Shown: piece by piece, positions 1 to 9,000 of the stretch
Position numbering within the stretch: the stretch's first letter is position 1
How the letters are laid out: each line of letters opens with the position of its first letter
NCBI GenBank assembly: GCA_044352155.1
Contig: JBILEK010000004.1
Location: 1-62,975 of the forward strand
DNA from: Bdellovibrionia bacterium
Lineage (GTDB): Bacteria > Bdellovibrionota > UBA1018 > JBILEK01
Direction: 5' to 3'
Length of the DNA stretch: 62,975 nucleotides
The notes under the pieces: model-generated
Databases searched by the model: none
What the model saw: only the letters and a program-made list of their open reading frames with translations
What the model was told of the DNA's origin: nothing
Translations under genes and position numbers: made by a program

Positions 1-552
1 TCTGCAAAGAACAAGACAGCAACCCCAACGAAAGACATCACGTTCTCTGACATGACCTTCGGCTTGAAGTACAAGATGGGTGACTGGACCCCTTATGCTG
101 CAGTCCGCATGCAAGGCAACAAGAACGAAAACACGGGTGCTCTTGCTGAAGCGAAGCAGACCACCTACGGCTTTGGTATTGGCCGCCACATGAAGGCAGG
201 CGATGGCAAGGTCATGTACAATCTCGGCTACTTCAAAAAGGGAAGCCTCATTGCAGCCGGCACAACGGACAACACCTCGATGATTCCGATTAGCGTAGCG
301 GGCGAAGTGGATCTGAACAGCTGGATGGCAGTCCGCGCTGGTGTTCAGTACAATCTCGTTCACCAGAAGAACGGCGTTACTGAAGCTGACAGCACCAGTG
401 CACGCATCGGCGCGACGATCAAGTCCGGCGGCGCTGCGATTGACTGGGTGATGGGCTCCGGTGGTGCAACCGCTGAAACCTCTGCTGACGATGTCTCCTT
501 GGGCATCGGGCAAGGTATGTTCTCCAGCGTCTCTCTGACCTACGCTTGGTAA
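1..552 (+). CDS. Outer-membrane beta-barrel / porin-like protein, C-terminal part (5' end outside window)
   Basis: Frame 1 is open from nt 1, before the first ATG at 52. The sequence has a Gly/aromatic-rich beta-strand-like pattern. The C-terminus ...SLTYAW ends in an aromatic residue, as in OMP C-terminal signatures. A strong intrinsic terminator follows. Confidence 0.5.
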   Translation, partial: SAKNKTATPTKDITFSDMTFGLKYKMGDWTPYAAVRMQGNKNENTGALAEAKQTTYGFGIGRHMKAGDGKVMYNLGYFKKGSLIAAGTTDNTSMIPISVAGEVDLNSWMAVRAGVQYNLVHQKNGVTEADSTSARIGATIKSGGAAIDWVMGSGGATAETSADDVSLGIGQGMFSSVSLTYAW

Positions 553-576
553 TCTAGACCTCAAGTCCAAAACGAG

Positions 577-610
577 AAAGCCCGGGGGAAACCCCGGGCT
601 TTTTTGTTTT
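577..610 (+). terminator. Rho-independent terminator after porin-like gene
   Basis: Perfect 11-bp stem AAAGCCCGGGG (577-587) / CCCCGGGCTTT (592-602) with a GAAA loop. A T-run follows at 600-610, about 25 nt after the TAA at 550-552. Confidence 0.85.
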
Positions 611-671
611 GTAGTATCGATAAGTTATAGCTGATTAACCTATTATAATAAGCATGCTATACTAAGCCTTG

Positions 672-1190
672 ATGGAGCTCCAGGAACGCATCCGCAGGCA
701 CCGCACTCTGCTTGGCCTGACTCAGGTTGAGCTCGCATCCCGTTCCGGTGTCTCTCTCCCCACCATCCAGCAACTCGAGCGTGGGAAGTCCAACCCGTCT
801 TGGGACACGCTCGAGAAGTTAGGACGCGTTCTGCGCTTTCAAGCGGAGCTGCGACCGCCCGCGATCGATTGGGAGGCCTGGGCGAGCCTTGGCGTCCCCC
901 TGCTGGCTCACAGTCAGGAGACCCGGCGTTCGAGCGCGCCTTCACAAAGTCGGGCTAGGCTTGAATCCCTCTTGGATCCAACCTTGATTGCACTCTCTCT
1001 CGAAGGGAAGGAGCGCGAGCGCGAAGCCTTCGAAAGCTTTCTCTTAGCCTTGGCCCTCGATTACCCCGAGACGTTTCAAACGCTGAAAACACGCCACCGG
1101 CTCCTGGAGCGCTTCGTGCCGAAAGAATTCTCCGGCCGCCACCTGAAACTCAAAAGGATCGCCTCAAGCGTCCTCTGCACTTATCTATGA
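672..1190 (+). CDS. XRE-family helix-turn-helix transcriptional regulator with an uncharacterised ~105-aa C-terminal domain
   Basis: The N-terminus LLGLTQVELASRSGVSLPTIQQLERGKSNPSWDTLEKLGRVL is a classical HTH_3/XRE motif. The ATG at 672 sits one codon inside the TTG-initiated ORF at 669. The stop overlaps the next start (ATGA at 1187-1190). Confidence 0.75.
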   Translation: MELQERIRRHRTLLGLTQVELASRSGVSLPTIQQLERGKSNPSWDTLEKLGRVLRFQAELRPPAIDWEAWASLGVPLLAHSQETRRSSAPSQSRARLESLLDPTLIALSLEGKEREREAFESFLLALALDYPETFQTLKTRHRLLERFVPKEFSGRHLKLKRIASSVLCTYL

Positions 1191-1714
1191 AACCACTTAC
1201 TCCTGCGCTGCTCGGAAAATTCCTCGAACTCGCCTCCGATCGCCTCGAAGGAGACTGGGTCCTACTCGGAGGCACGCTGCTTCCCGCGCTTGGTCACAAC
1301 GTGCGTGCGACGGTGGACATCGATGTCGTCAGCCTTTCTTCGGAACGCCGCCAATCCCAGAGCTTAGCGCTCATGAAAATCGTGGAAGACCTAGGCCTTC
1401 CCGTCGAAGCCATCAATGGCGCCGCGGAATATTTTCTTCTGAAGCAAGCCGATTTCCTGAATGAACTCGTTCTTCTTCAAAGCGGTAAAAAGGGGCGGAT
1501 CCTTCGGCCGAATACCTTCCTTTATTTGCGCCTCAAGATGCAACGCATGACCGAATCAGATCTGATGGACTGCCAAGCGCTTCTCCGGCTCGAAAAGAAT
1601 TCGCTCACTGAGGCACAACACTCAACGCTCCAACGCCTGCTTCAGGCGGAAATCCTGAAAAAAGACTCGAGGAAAAAACGGCTTCAATCGCTCCTCGGGC
1701 TTCTGACCCCCTAA
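1187..1714 (+). CDS. Putative minimal nucleotidyltransferase (Pol-beta fold, MNT/AbiEii-like) protein
   Basis: LLGGTLLPALGHNVRATVDIDVV fits the G[GS]-x9-13-DxD minimal nucleotidyltransferase signature. The gene is translationally coupled to the upstream HTH gene. Assignment rests on this motif only. Confidence 0.5.
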   Translation: MKPLTPALLGKFLELASDRLEGDWVLLGGTLLPALGHNVRATVDIDVVSLSSERRQSQSLALMKIVEDLGLPVEAINGAAEYFLLKQADFLNELVLLQSGKKGRILRPNTFLYLRLKMQRMTESDLMDCQALLRLEKNSLTEAQHSTLQRLLQAEILKKDSRKKRLQSLLGLLTP

Positions 1715-1716
1715 CC

Positions 1717-2883
1717 TCAAAACCCGAGCTCGCCTGCCCATAACTTTTCCACAAATGCGCGCCAAGGAAGCACGCCTACTCCACCTATTTTTTTCTCTCT
1801 GGCTTCTTGGCAGACGATCCACTTCAGCTTCAGCGGCTGAATCGAATGAAGCGCATCCAGTCCCTTGAGATGTCGCTCGGTGATCGTATGCGTGCTTTTC
1901 ACTTCAATGCCGATTTCTCGCCGAATGACGAAATCGACTTCTTCGCCTCCCGGGTTTCTCCAGAACTGGACTTGCTCGGCCTCGCTCGACTTCCGGTAGT
2001 CCAAATACGCCAAAATCTCGAGATAAACCCAAGTTTCAAAGAGGCTTCCATACTCCGGGGTTTGGGGCGAAAGCGTAGATCTCCCGAGCAGAGCATTCAC
2101 CACCCCGCAGTCAAAAAAATAAAACTTTGAAGTCGCAATCGCTTTTCTCGAACGCGCCCCCTTAAAACGCATGGGCTCGATCGCTCTCCCAATGAGGGTG
2201 TCCTCCAAAACTGAAAAATACTCGCGAATCGTACGCGCCGGAACTTGCGCATCACTCGCGACCGCTTCAAAGTTGAGGAGCTCACCGTTCATGCGCGCAG
2301 CTACGGGAAGAAATCGGCTAAACGCTTCGATTTTTCGAACGAGAGCCTCCGCCAGAATCTCCTCTCGGAGATAATCGCCCACATAGTCTTTAAGTTCCGA
2401 CCAGGCGGAGTCAGCGTCAGGCGCGAGAAATATAGGCGGCAACCCGCCCGTATGAAGAACTTTGTTCAGGTCAAACTGAGCAGAGACCTCAGGATAACAA
2501 AAGGGATGCAGAGTGAGGCGGCGTGCACGGCCAGCCATCAGCGAGGTATGGCTGCGCTTGAGCTTGCGCGCACTACTCCCCGTGAGCACGAACCGAATGC
2601 CTCTCTCTTCGATGAGACTGTGAACCTCATCCATCAGGCTCGGAAGCTTTTGAATTTCATCAATCACTACGACACGGTCCTGAGGCCGAAGAGTCTCGCG
2701 AAGACTCGCGGGGCGAAACGACAACGATTGAAAGGTGTCTGACTTCAGCAGGTCAAAGGTTTGATCAAATTTGAGTTGATTGCGGAGGAGCGCCGATTTG
2801 CCTGTGCGCCGCGGCCCTAAGAGAAAGACGCTCTTTGAGCGTAGGACTTCGTCCAGTGGGATTAAGCGGCGGATGTAACTCAT
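1717..2883 (-). CDS. AAA+ ATPase with C-terminal DUF4143-type domain
   Basis: Walker A is LLGPRRTGKS and Walker B is VVVIDEIQ. The C-terminal FYFFDCGVVNALL block is typical of AAA_14/DUF4143 proteins. I prefer the ATG at 2883 (MSYIRR...) over the TTG at 2922. Confidence 0.85.
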   Translation of the reverse strand: MSYIRRLIPLDEVLRSKSVFLLGPRRTGKSALLRNQLKFDQTFDLLKSDTFQSLSFRPASLRETLRPQDRVVVIDEIQKLPSLMDEVHSLIEERGIRFVLTGSSARKLKRSHTSLMAGRARRLTLHPFCYPEVSAQFDLNKVLHTGGLPPIFLAPDADSAWSELKDYVGDYLREEILAEALVRKIEAFSRFLPVAARMNGELLNFEAVASDAQVPARTIREYFSVLEDTLIGRAIEPMRFKGARSRKAIATSKFYFFDCGVVNALLGRSTLSPQTPEYGSLFETWVYLEILAYLDYRKSSEAEQVQFWRNPGGEEVDFVIRREIGIEVKSTHTITERHLKGLDALHSIQPLKLKWIVCQEAREKKIGGVGVLPWRAFVEKLWAGELGF

Positions 2884-2998
2884 GCCAATTTGAATTTTGG
2901 CATCGCCACTGCTGAATAACAATGTAATTCCGCAACAGTAATGCGAAATAATAATCCATTATTTCAATATATTAGCGTAAAAATGGCCCTAGAACGGC

Positions 2999-3514
2999 CT
3001 AGAGCTCGACCGAAACGCCCGTCCCAATGAAGTCATGCGTGACCTCAAAACGCGCGTGGAACTTAGGGTGGAAGCGCCAGAACGCGCCCAGCCCGAATCG
3101 AGGTGCGAGCCTCCACTGCGAGCCCAGGGTCTTACTCGAAATCGACCCACCCAAACCGCCGATCGGATAGAACGTCCAGTTCACGTCGCGCTCGAAATCC
3201 CAGCGCAAGTGGATGCTGTACGTGAAGACGCTCGAGCTCTTTACAAACAATGGCCCCATCTGGAGTTCAAGCAAAAGCTGATCGTTGATGTCCTCGAGCC
3301 AACCTTCGTGCGCGACTTTGAAAGCCGCATTCGGGGAGATTTGAAACCCCGCGCTCCCGTCGTAAATCCCAAGCCCCAACATCGCGCCTAATGTCGCTGT
3401 GCGGTCCGGGGCTTTCCCCTTCCAAAATTCGGTCGTCGATTTCTCGATCGCGGAGACCGGTTGCGCCTGGGCGGCGGAGGAGATCAAAAAGAGAGCGAGA
3501 ATGAGTTTGCGCAT
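2999..3514 (-). CDS. Small secreted outer-membrane beta-barrel-like protein
   Basis: Signal peptide MRKLILALFLISSAAQA. The 171-aa protein has an alternating hydrophobic/aromatic strand pattern (OmpW/PagL-size barrel). No specific family recognised. Confidence 0.45.
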   Translation of the reverse strand: MRKLILALFLISSAAQAQPVSAIEKSTTEFWKGKAPDRTATLGAMLGLGIYDGSAGFQISPNAAFKVAHEGWLEDINDQLLLELQMGPLFVKSSSVFTYSIHLRWDFERDVNWTFYPIGGLGGSISSKTLGSQWRLAPRFGLGAFWRFHPKFHARFEVTHDFIGTGVSVEL

Positions 3515-3526
3515 AGACCTAAGACT

Positions 3527-4183
3527 CTAGAACAAAGCTTCGAGTTCGGGAAGCAGGTGCAGGCGCGTAATGAATTTCCCCATTCCGATCGTAAAGAGCA
3601 TCCATCCGTACAGCGCGTGCTCGAGCGCGGTGATCCAAATCGATCCGGTCTTTCGGTAGGTTTGAGTGAAGACGAGCCCCCCCAAGAACGTGAGCCCGAT
3701 CGCCCATGCGTTATGGAACATCAGGTGCCCTGCACCAAAGAGCGCCGCTCCCACCCAGAGCCGTACACCCGCACCCAAAACGGTCTTGTAGCGCCACTCA
3801 AATAAGGATCGGTACAGAAGGGTTTGCGGGAGGACCGATAAAGGAAAATAAGTCAGAAGCAAGAGCTGCCAGATGCCCCGGTGGTTGCGCGGAAAATCCC
3901 AGAGCGCATCGGGTGCAAAGATCCATAGCGCCAAAAGAAAGAGCGCCGTGACGGAGAAAAAGCGCGGAAGGATCGCGCGCAGTCCTATCCCCCACTGCGC
4001 TCGGGTCGGAAATCGAAGCTCGCGCTTCAAGTCAAATCCAGGAACACGAGCAAGAACCCCGAGCGCAAGAAATCCAAACACCGGGAGAACCGCGATCACC
4101 GGCACACGCGGTCCCAAAAGATCCAGCGCCACAGGAACGCCCAAGAACAACAAAGCCATCTCGAGCAAGCGACGTGCTTTCAC
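3527..4183 (-). CDS. CPBP (CAAX protease/Abi)-family polytopic membrane protein, apparently with degenerate catalytic motifs
   Basis: There are about 6 hydrophobic segments. Motif 2 (FxxxH) is present as FGAGH. Motif 3 (HxxxN/D) reads EHALYG. The position of EExxxR reads PQTLLYR. The GTG start overlaps the nudix stop (GTGA). Confidence 0.55.
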   Translation of the reverse strand: MKARRLLEMALLFLGVPVALDLLGPRVPVIAVLPVFGFLALGVLARVPGFDLKRELRFPTRAQWGIGLRAILPRFFSVTALFLLALWIFAPDALWDFPRNHRGIWQLLLLTYFPLSVLPQTLLYRSLFEWRYKTVLGAGVRLWVGAALFGAGHLMFHNAWAIGLTFLGGLVFTQTYRKTGSIWITALEHALYGWMLFTIGMGKFITRLHLLPELEALF

Positions 4184-4800
4184 TCGCCCGCTTCCACCCG
4201 TTTTAAGCGATCGCGCAGATTCGCGATCATCGCTCCGGTCGCGCCCCAGATCCTAAGACCGTCCCAATGAAACACCGCCGTCGGCAAGAGCACGTTCCCT
4301 AAGCGCAGCTTCTCGATCTCAAAACGCTCGGGCTCCATGAGCTCCTTCCACGGAATCCAAAACGAGCGTGCGATTTCGTGCGCCTGATTGCGAAGCTCTA
4401 CCTGCGTAGGTTCAGCATCGAGCGCACCGACGAACGGATGCACGGTGAATCCCGAAGTCACGGTCTGAAGCGTGGGGAGAGCCCCTAAAATCTGTACCCG
4501 CTCTGGAGGGATCCCAACTTCTTCCTCAGTCTCGCGACATGCGGTGCGCGCCAGATCCTCGCCATCCGCAGGATCCCAACGCCCTCCAGGAAACGCGACC
4601 TGCCCCCGATGCGTCTCGACCGTCTCACTTCGCAACGTCAAAAGCACCTGGGGCTCGCGGCCCGCAAACGGAAGTAGCACACCCCCGCGCGAGCTCCCGC
4701 TCTCGATGTAGGCTAAAGGCTTTGTGGTTCGGCCCGGGAGATACGGATGATCTAATCTGAGCGCGCGTTTTAAACGCTCTTGCCAATCGCGAGTGAGCAT
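4180..4800 (-). CDS. NUDIX hydrolase, CoA pyrophosphatase type
   Basis: The Nudix box ...GEDLARTACRETEEEVGI is preceded by the CoAse signature LLTLRSETVETHRGQVAFPGG. Confidence 0.8.
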   Translation of the reverse strand: MLTRDWQERLKRALRLDHPYLPGRTTKPLAYIESGSSRGGVLLPFAGREPQVLLTLRSETVETHRGQVAFPGGRWDPADGEDLARTACRETEEEVGIPPERVQILGALPTLQTVTSGFTVHPFVGALDAEPTQVELRNQAHEIARSFWIPWKELMEPERFEIEKLRLGNVLLPTAVFHWDGLRIWGATGAMIANLRDRLKRVEAGE

Positions 4801-4841
4801 TGCCCAAAAGACTACACCTAAGGTAGACCCCCCACAACGCC

Positions 4842-6023
4842 ATGGAACTTCGCGGACGCTGCACTCGCATCAGTTCTGACTCTTGGACGCTTCTCGACAC
4901 AGAAGGTCAGGAGCACGTTTTCCCTGCCGATGCGGGGGTGAAACTAGGAGATCTGGTCATCTGTCCTCCTACTGGTCCTGCGCGAGTTCTGAGAAGCGCC
5001 AAAGATCCTGCGCGTCTTAGGTGGACTGAGCGGATCGGAGACGTTCGGCGTAGACGCGCCCTTCAGATTCGTGCGCAAGTCCTGCGCGAGACGCGCGCGT
5101 ATTTCGACTCCGAGCAATTTCTTGAAGTGCACACTCCTACGCTGGTTCCGTGCCCAGGCATGGAACCTCACATCCGCCCGATCCGCGTGAACGCAGAGGT
5201 CGCGCTCCCCACATCTCCTGAGTTTGCGATGAAACGCCTGCTCGTGGGCGGACTGCCGCGTATTTACCAGATCGCATCCGCATTTCGCAATGAACCGCGC
5301 TCCCCGCAACACTCACCTGAGTTTACGATGCTCGAGTTCTATCGCGCGTTTGCAGGCGAAGAACAATGTATGCGCGAAGTCGAGCGCTGGCTTGAGACAC
5401 TCGCACTGCGCATTTACGGATCTACGCAGATTCCCTATCAAGGCCGTGTACTCAATGTTGCTACCCCCTGGCCAAGGCTCACCGTGCGCGAGTTGTTTTT
5501 GGAGCACGCGGACGTGGATCTTGAGCGCACGGATCTCCACAAAGAGTGTTTAAGACTTGGGCTCTCTCCTTCGAGCTCCGACACCTGGGATGATCTGTAT
5601 CACCGCATCTGGCTTGAGCGAGTGGAGCGTAAGCTTCCGTTTGATCGCGCCGTTTTTGTCACGCGCTATCCTGCAAGCCAAGCTGCGCTTGCTGAGAGAG
5701 ACGGATTCTGGGCTCGACGATTTGAGCTGTATTTGGGTGGGATGGAACTAGGTAACGGGTTTCAAGAGCTCACTGACCCCGCAGAGCAGCGCGCGAGGTT
5801 TGCTGCAGACATGGATCTAAGAGAGCGCGTTTATGGAGCTGAGTTTCCAAAAACGCCGCTGGATGAGGAGTTCTTGGAAGCTCTTGAAGAAGGCATGCCC
5901 CCTTCTTCAGGGATCGCGATCGGTATGGACCGCGTTGTGATGCTTTTTGCAAACGAGACTGAGATTGACCGTACGATCGCGGTACCAGCGCACTGGTGGA
6001 CTGAAACTAATCTCCCTCATTGA
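4842..6023 (+). CDS. epmA: Elongation factor P--(R)-beta-lysine ligase (EpmA/PoxA/GenX; class II LysRS paralog) with ~55-aa N-terminal extension
   Basis: Class II aaRS motifs are present: FLEVHTPTL, FRNEPRSPQHSPEFTMLEFY, ELGNGFQELTDPAEQRARF and GIAIGMDRVVML. There is no anticodon-binding domain, and the size matches EpmA rather than LysS. Confidence 0.85.
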   Translation: MELRGRCTRISSDSWTLLDTEGQEHVFPADAGVKLGDLVICPPTGPARVLRSAKDPARLRWTERIGDVRRRRALQIRAQVLRETRAYFDSEQFLEVHTPTLVPCPGMEPHIRPIRVNAEVALPTSPEFAMKRLLVGGLPRIYQIASAFRNEPRSPQHSPEFTMLEFYRAFAGEEQCMREVERWLETLALRIYGSTQIPYQGRVLNVATPWPRLTVRELFLEHADVDLERTDLHKECLRLGLSPSSSDTWDDLYHRIWLERVERKLPFDRAVFVTRYPASQAALAERDGFWARRFELYLGGMELGNGFQELTDPAEQRARFAADMDLRERVYGAEFPKTPLDEEFLEALEEGMPPSSGIAIGMDRVVMLFANETEIDRTIAVPAHWWTETNLPH

Positions 6024-6040
6024 TGAGCCCAGTTCGCAAG

Positions 6041-9000
6041 TTACTCTGGGCAAGATCCCCAAGCACTTAATAGGATAGCGAGATCTGCCGAGTTGGTGGT
6101 CCCATCTTGATTAAGGTCTGTTGGACCTGCTGATCCAAACCCGGACAAAATAGCTCCCAGATCCGCGGCTCCTACGCTTCCGTCTCCATTAATGTCGGCG
6201 ACGCAAACCGGAGGGGGGGCGGGTGGAAACTCAGTTGTAATTCCTTTCAATGTTGGAAGCTCTCCATTTACTATCTCCCAGACGTCACTTGAGTACCCAG
6301 CACTAATCCAAGTAGCAGGAGTTCTCATCTGTGCGCTACTGAGCGGCTGCGCGATCAAGTCTTGCGACATTGTTTGAGGGACTGCGGTGAGATCGTAGAA
6401 AAGTCCGTTCGAAACAGGCAGCGAGTACATGCTAGAATCGAAAGATTTCGCAAAAACAGGTTTTTGCTTACTTGCTGGTCCGACGCTATCTCCCTCAATC
6501 ACCAAACTTGAGTACGACCGATCAAAACTCATCTGCATTTGAGCCGCGGCGAAAACGCTGTCAGTCGTTGTGACCAATCCCGCCACGCGTGTCGCAGCTG
6601 ATAGAGGGGTCGTAAACGCTATTTGACCACTTGCAAAAGAGTCTTTAATCTCTCTCTTTCTCTCAGCGGTCTCCGAAGAAACAGACCCAGATTCATTAAA
6701 CAGTCCCGCAAAAGACCCAGCCGACACAGGTGCATTAGTTTCGACATCTAAAATAGCGTGAGACTGCTCAATGAAAAGATTGCGGCTCCCAGGAGCAGAT
6801 ATCTGCGGCAAATAGAGACCAATCAGGCCCGCTACTCCATTACTTGAGTAAGGATATGACGTTGTTTCGGGCACCTGGTTTCGAAATACAAACTCGGCCT
6901 CAACTTTTATAAGACTTGTACGGATACTCTGATCACTTCCACCCGGCGTGTCAACGAGACCGACTACTCCCCCAACGTTGGCAAACTGAATCGTATTAGT
7001 GCTGGTCCACATTTCGCTCGGCTGATACACCACTCGGGTTTTGACCCGAGAATTTTCAATGCGATTGTCCACCGCCTGAGTAGGAGTAGAGAAACCGAGA
7101 TACCCTACCAAACCCCCAAGGTTACCCACGCCAGGTCTTTCAGTTGTGAATGTGACGTCTACACTTGAACCTTGAATCAAAAGGTGACTCCCAATTCCAA
7201 CTAAACCTCCTGCACCGCTTAGCGAGGGATTGTTACTCGAAGAGCTTGTGCTTCCGTAAATCGTAGCATCAATCAAGTGTACGTTTTCAAAACGAGTTTG
7301 GCGACCTGATGGATGGTGCAAAGCAAACGCAACTAATCCTTTGCCCTGACTGCCTAAACCAAACTTAGGCGATACAAAAGTAATGTTTTTAAGAGTTGAG
7401 CCCAGAGCATAGTTAATGAAGCTCTTTCTGGTGTTTAAGTTTTTGATCTTAAACCCCTGTCCATCAATCGTGCCTTCAAAATTGCCGCTGATGACAAAGT
7501 CCAGATTGGTGACTCCTGAGAAATCAAGATCCTGGGTGAGGTAGTAGGAGCCCTCGAGGTTTTGACTGATGTTCATCAGCTGCTGCACACTTGAGATCGC
7601 AGTGCTTGGCGCAAACTGCGCGCTAAAAGAGCGCGACACTGACGTACTGTTTTGAGCGTTATCAGAGTGGGAAGCCGTAACAGTTCCTGCTCCTACCGCA
7701 ACGTTCGCAAACGATGTCGTTACAGACCAAGTGTTGTTTGCAGCGCAGTTAGCTGTCGCAGTGACTGCGCCAGAGATCGCCACAGCCTGGGAGGGCTCAG
7801 AGCACGTACCTGCAAGAGTCACTGCAGATACGTTCTCAGCGTTGACGATGAACGGGTTTTGCGTAGGCGCACTAAACGTTAGAGCAGGCAAAACACTATC
7901 TTTTGTAATGCTTCGAGCCTCCAAGGATTGGTTCTGTGCAGAGTCAGCCTGTCGCGCAACAAGTGTGATCTGTCCCTGCGGTAAGCTCGAAAGATTCATC
8001 GATGTACTAAAGCTGCCACTGCTAGAGCAGGGGGTGTTAGCACTAAGCGCTCCAGCCTGTATCGTCACCGCACCGTCTTGTGGCGTACAAGTCCCTGACA
8101 TTGGAACAGAAGACTGATTTGCGGCATTGACCACAAAACTCTCAGCCGGGGTAACCCAATCGACCTCAGGGGCGATCGTATCTTTTCTAAAGGAAAGCTC
8201 CATTGACTTTAAATTGCCCGCGATATCAGAGTGCTGAAGTAAAACAGTCTGGAGACCCTGAGAGTCAGGCACACCTCCAAAAGAAGTCGTCACTTCCCAT
8301 ACTCCCTGAATGCAGTTTGCTGATGCTGAGATTGCTCCCGAGAGCTCAACGTTTTCATCATTCTCCGAGCACGCTCCACTCAGAGTGATCCCGGACTGAT
8401 AGTTTGAGAGATTTACGAAAAACGGATTGGTTGCAGGCGCTGTGATCGTAAGAGTGGGTGCGATCGAGTCCTTATGCACACTCCCTTGATAGAGTCCGAG
8501 GTTTTGAGCGAGATCGAGCTGAGTTGTTGTGATGATGAGCGTACCGTCGGCAAGAGCACTCAGATCTACAGCGGGCGTAAACCAACGCCCATTAGAGCCA
8601 CAGTTTGCAATACGCGTAATCACTGAAGTACCACTGCTCACTTGAAGCTGGACCGGCAGATCTCCCACTGTGCACTGACCCTGAAAAAATACTGCCCCTT
8701 GAGTCTGCTGAGATATGACCGCGGGGACAATAGGATCGATCGTAACGTTAGGGACTGAGGTGTCTTTCAAAAAGGTTCTTGAGCGCTCAGCAACTAACAC
8801 CTGCTGGTTCACTGAGTAAACGTGATAGACGTTCATTTGGACAGATGGTGAATCGGGCACCTCCGTGAGTGTGATCGGGCCAATTTGCCAAGCGTTGTTT
8901 TGGCAGGTGGCCTCGTAGCTCATGTTGTTGGAAGTGATCGTTGCAATGACAGAATTGTTATTCTTGTTACAGGTCCCACCGAGAGTGATTTGTGCTTGAT

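Noticed and set aside
643-945. 100-aa minus-strand ORF overlapping the XRE regulator gene
   Set aside because: It is antisense to a gene with a clear HTH motif, and its translation is Pro/Arg/Gly-rich.
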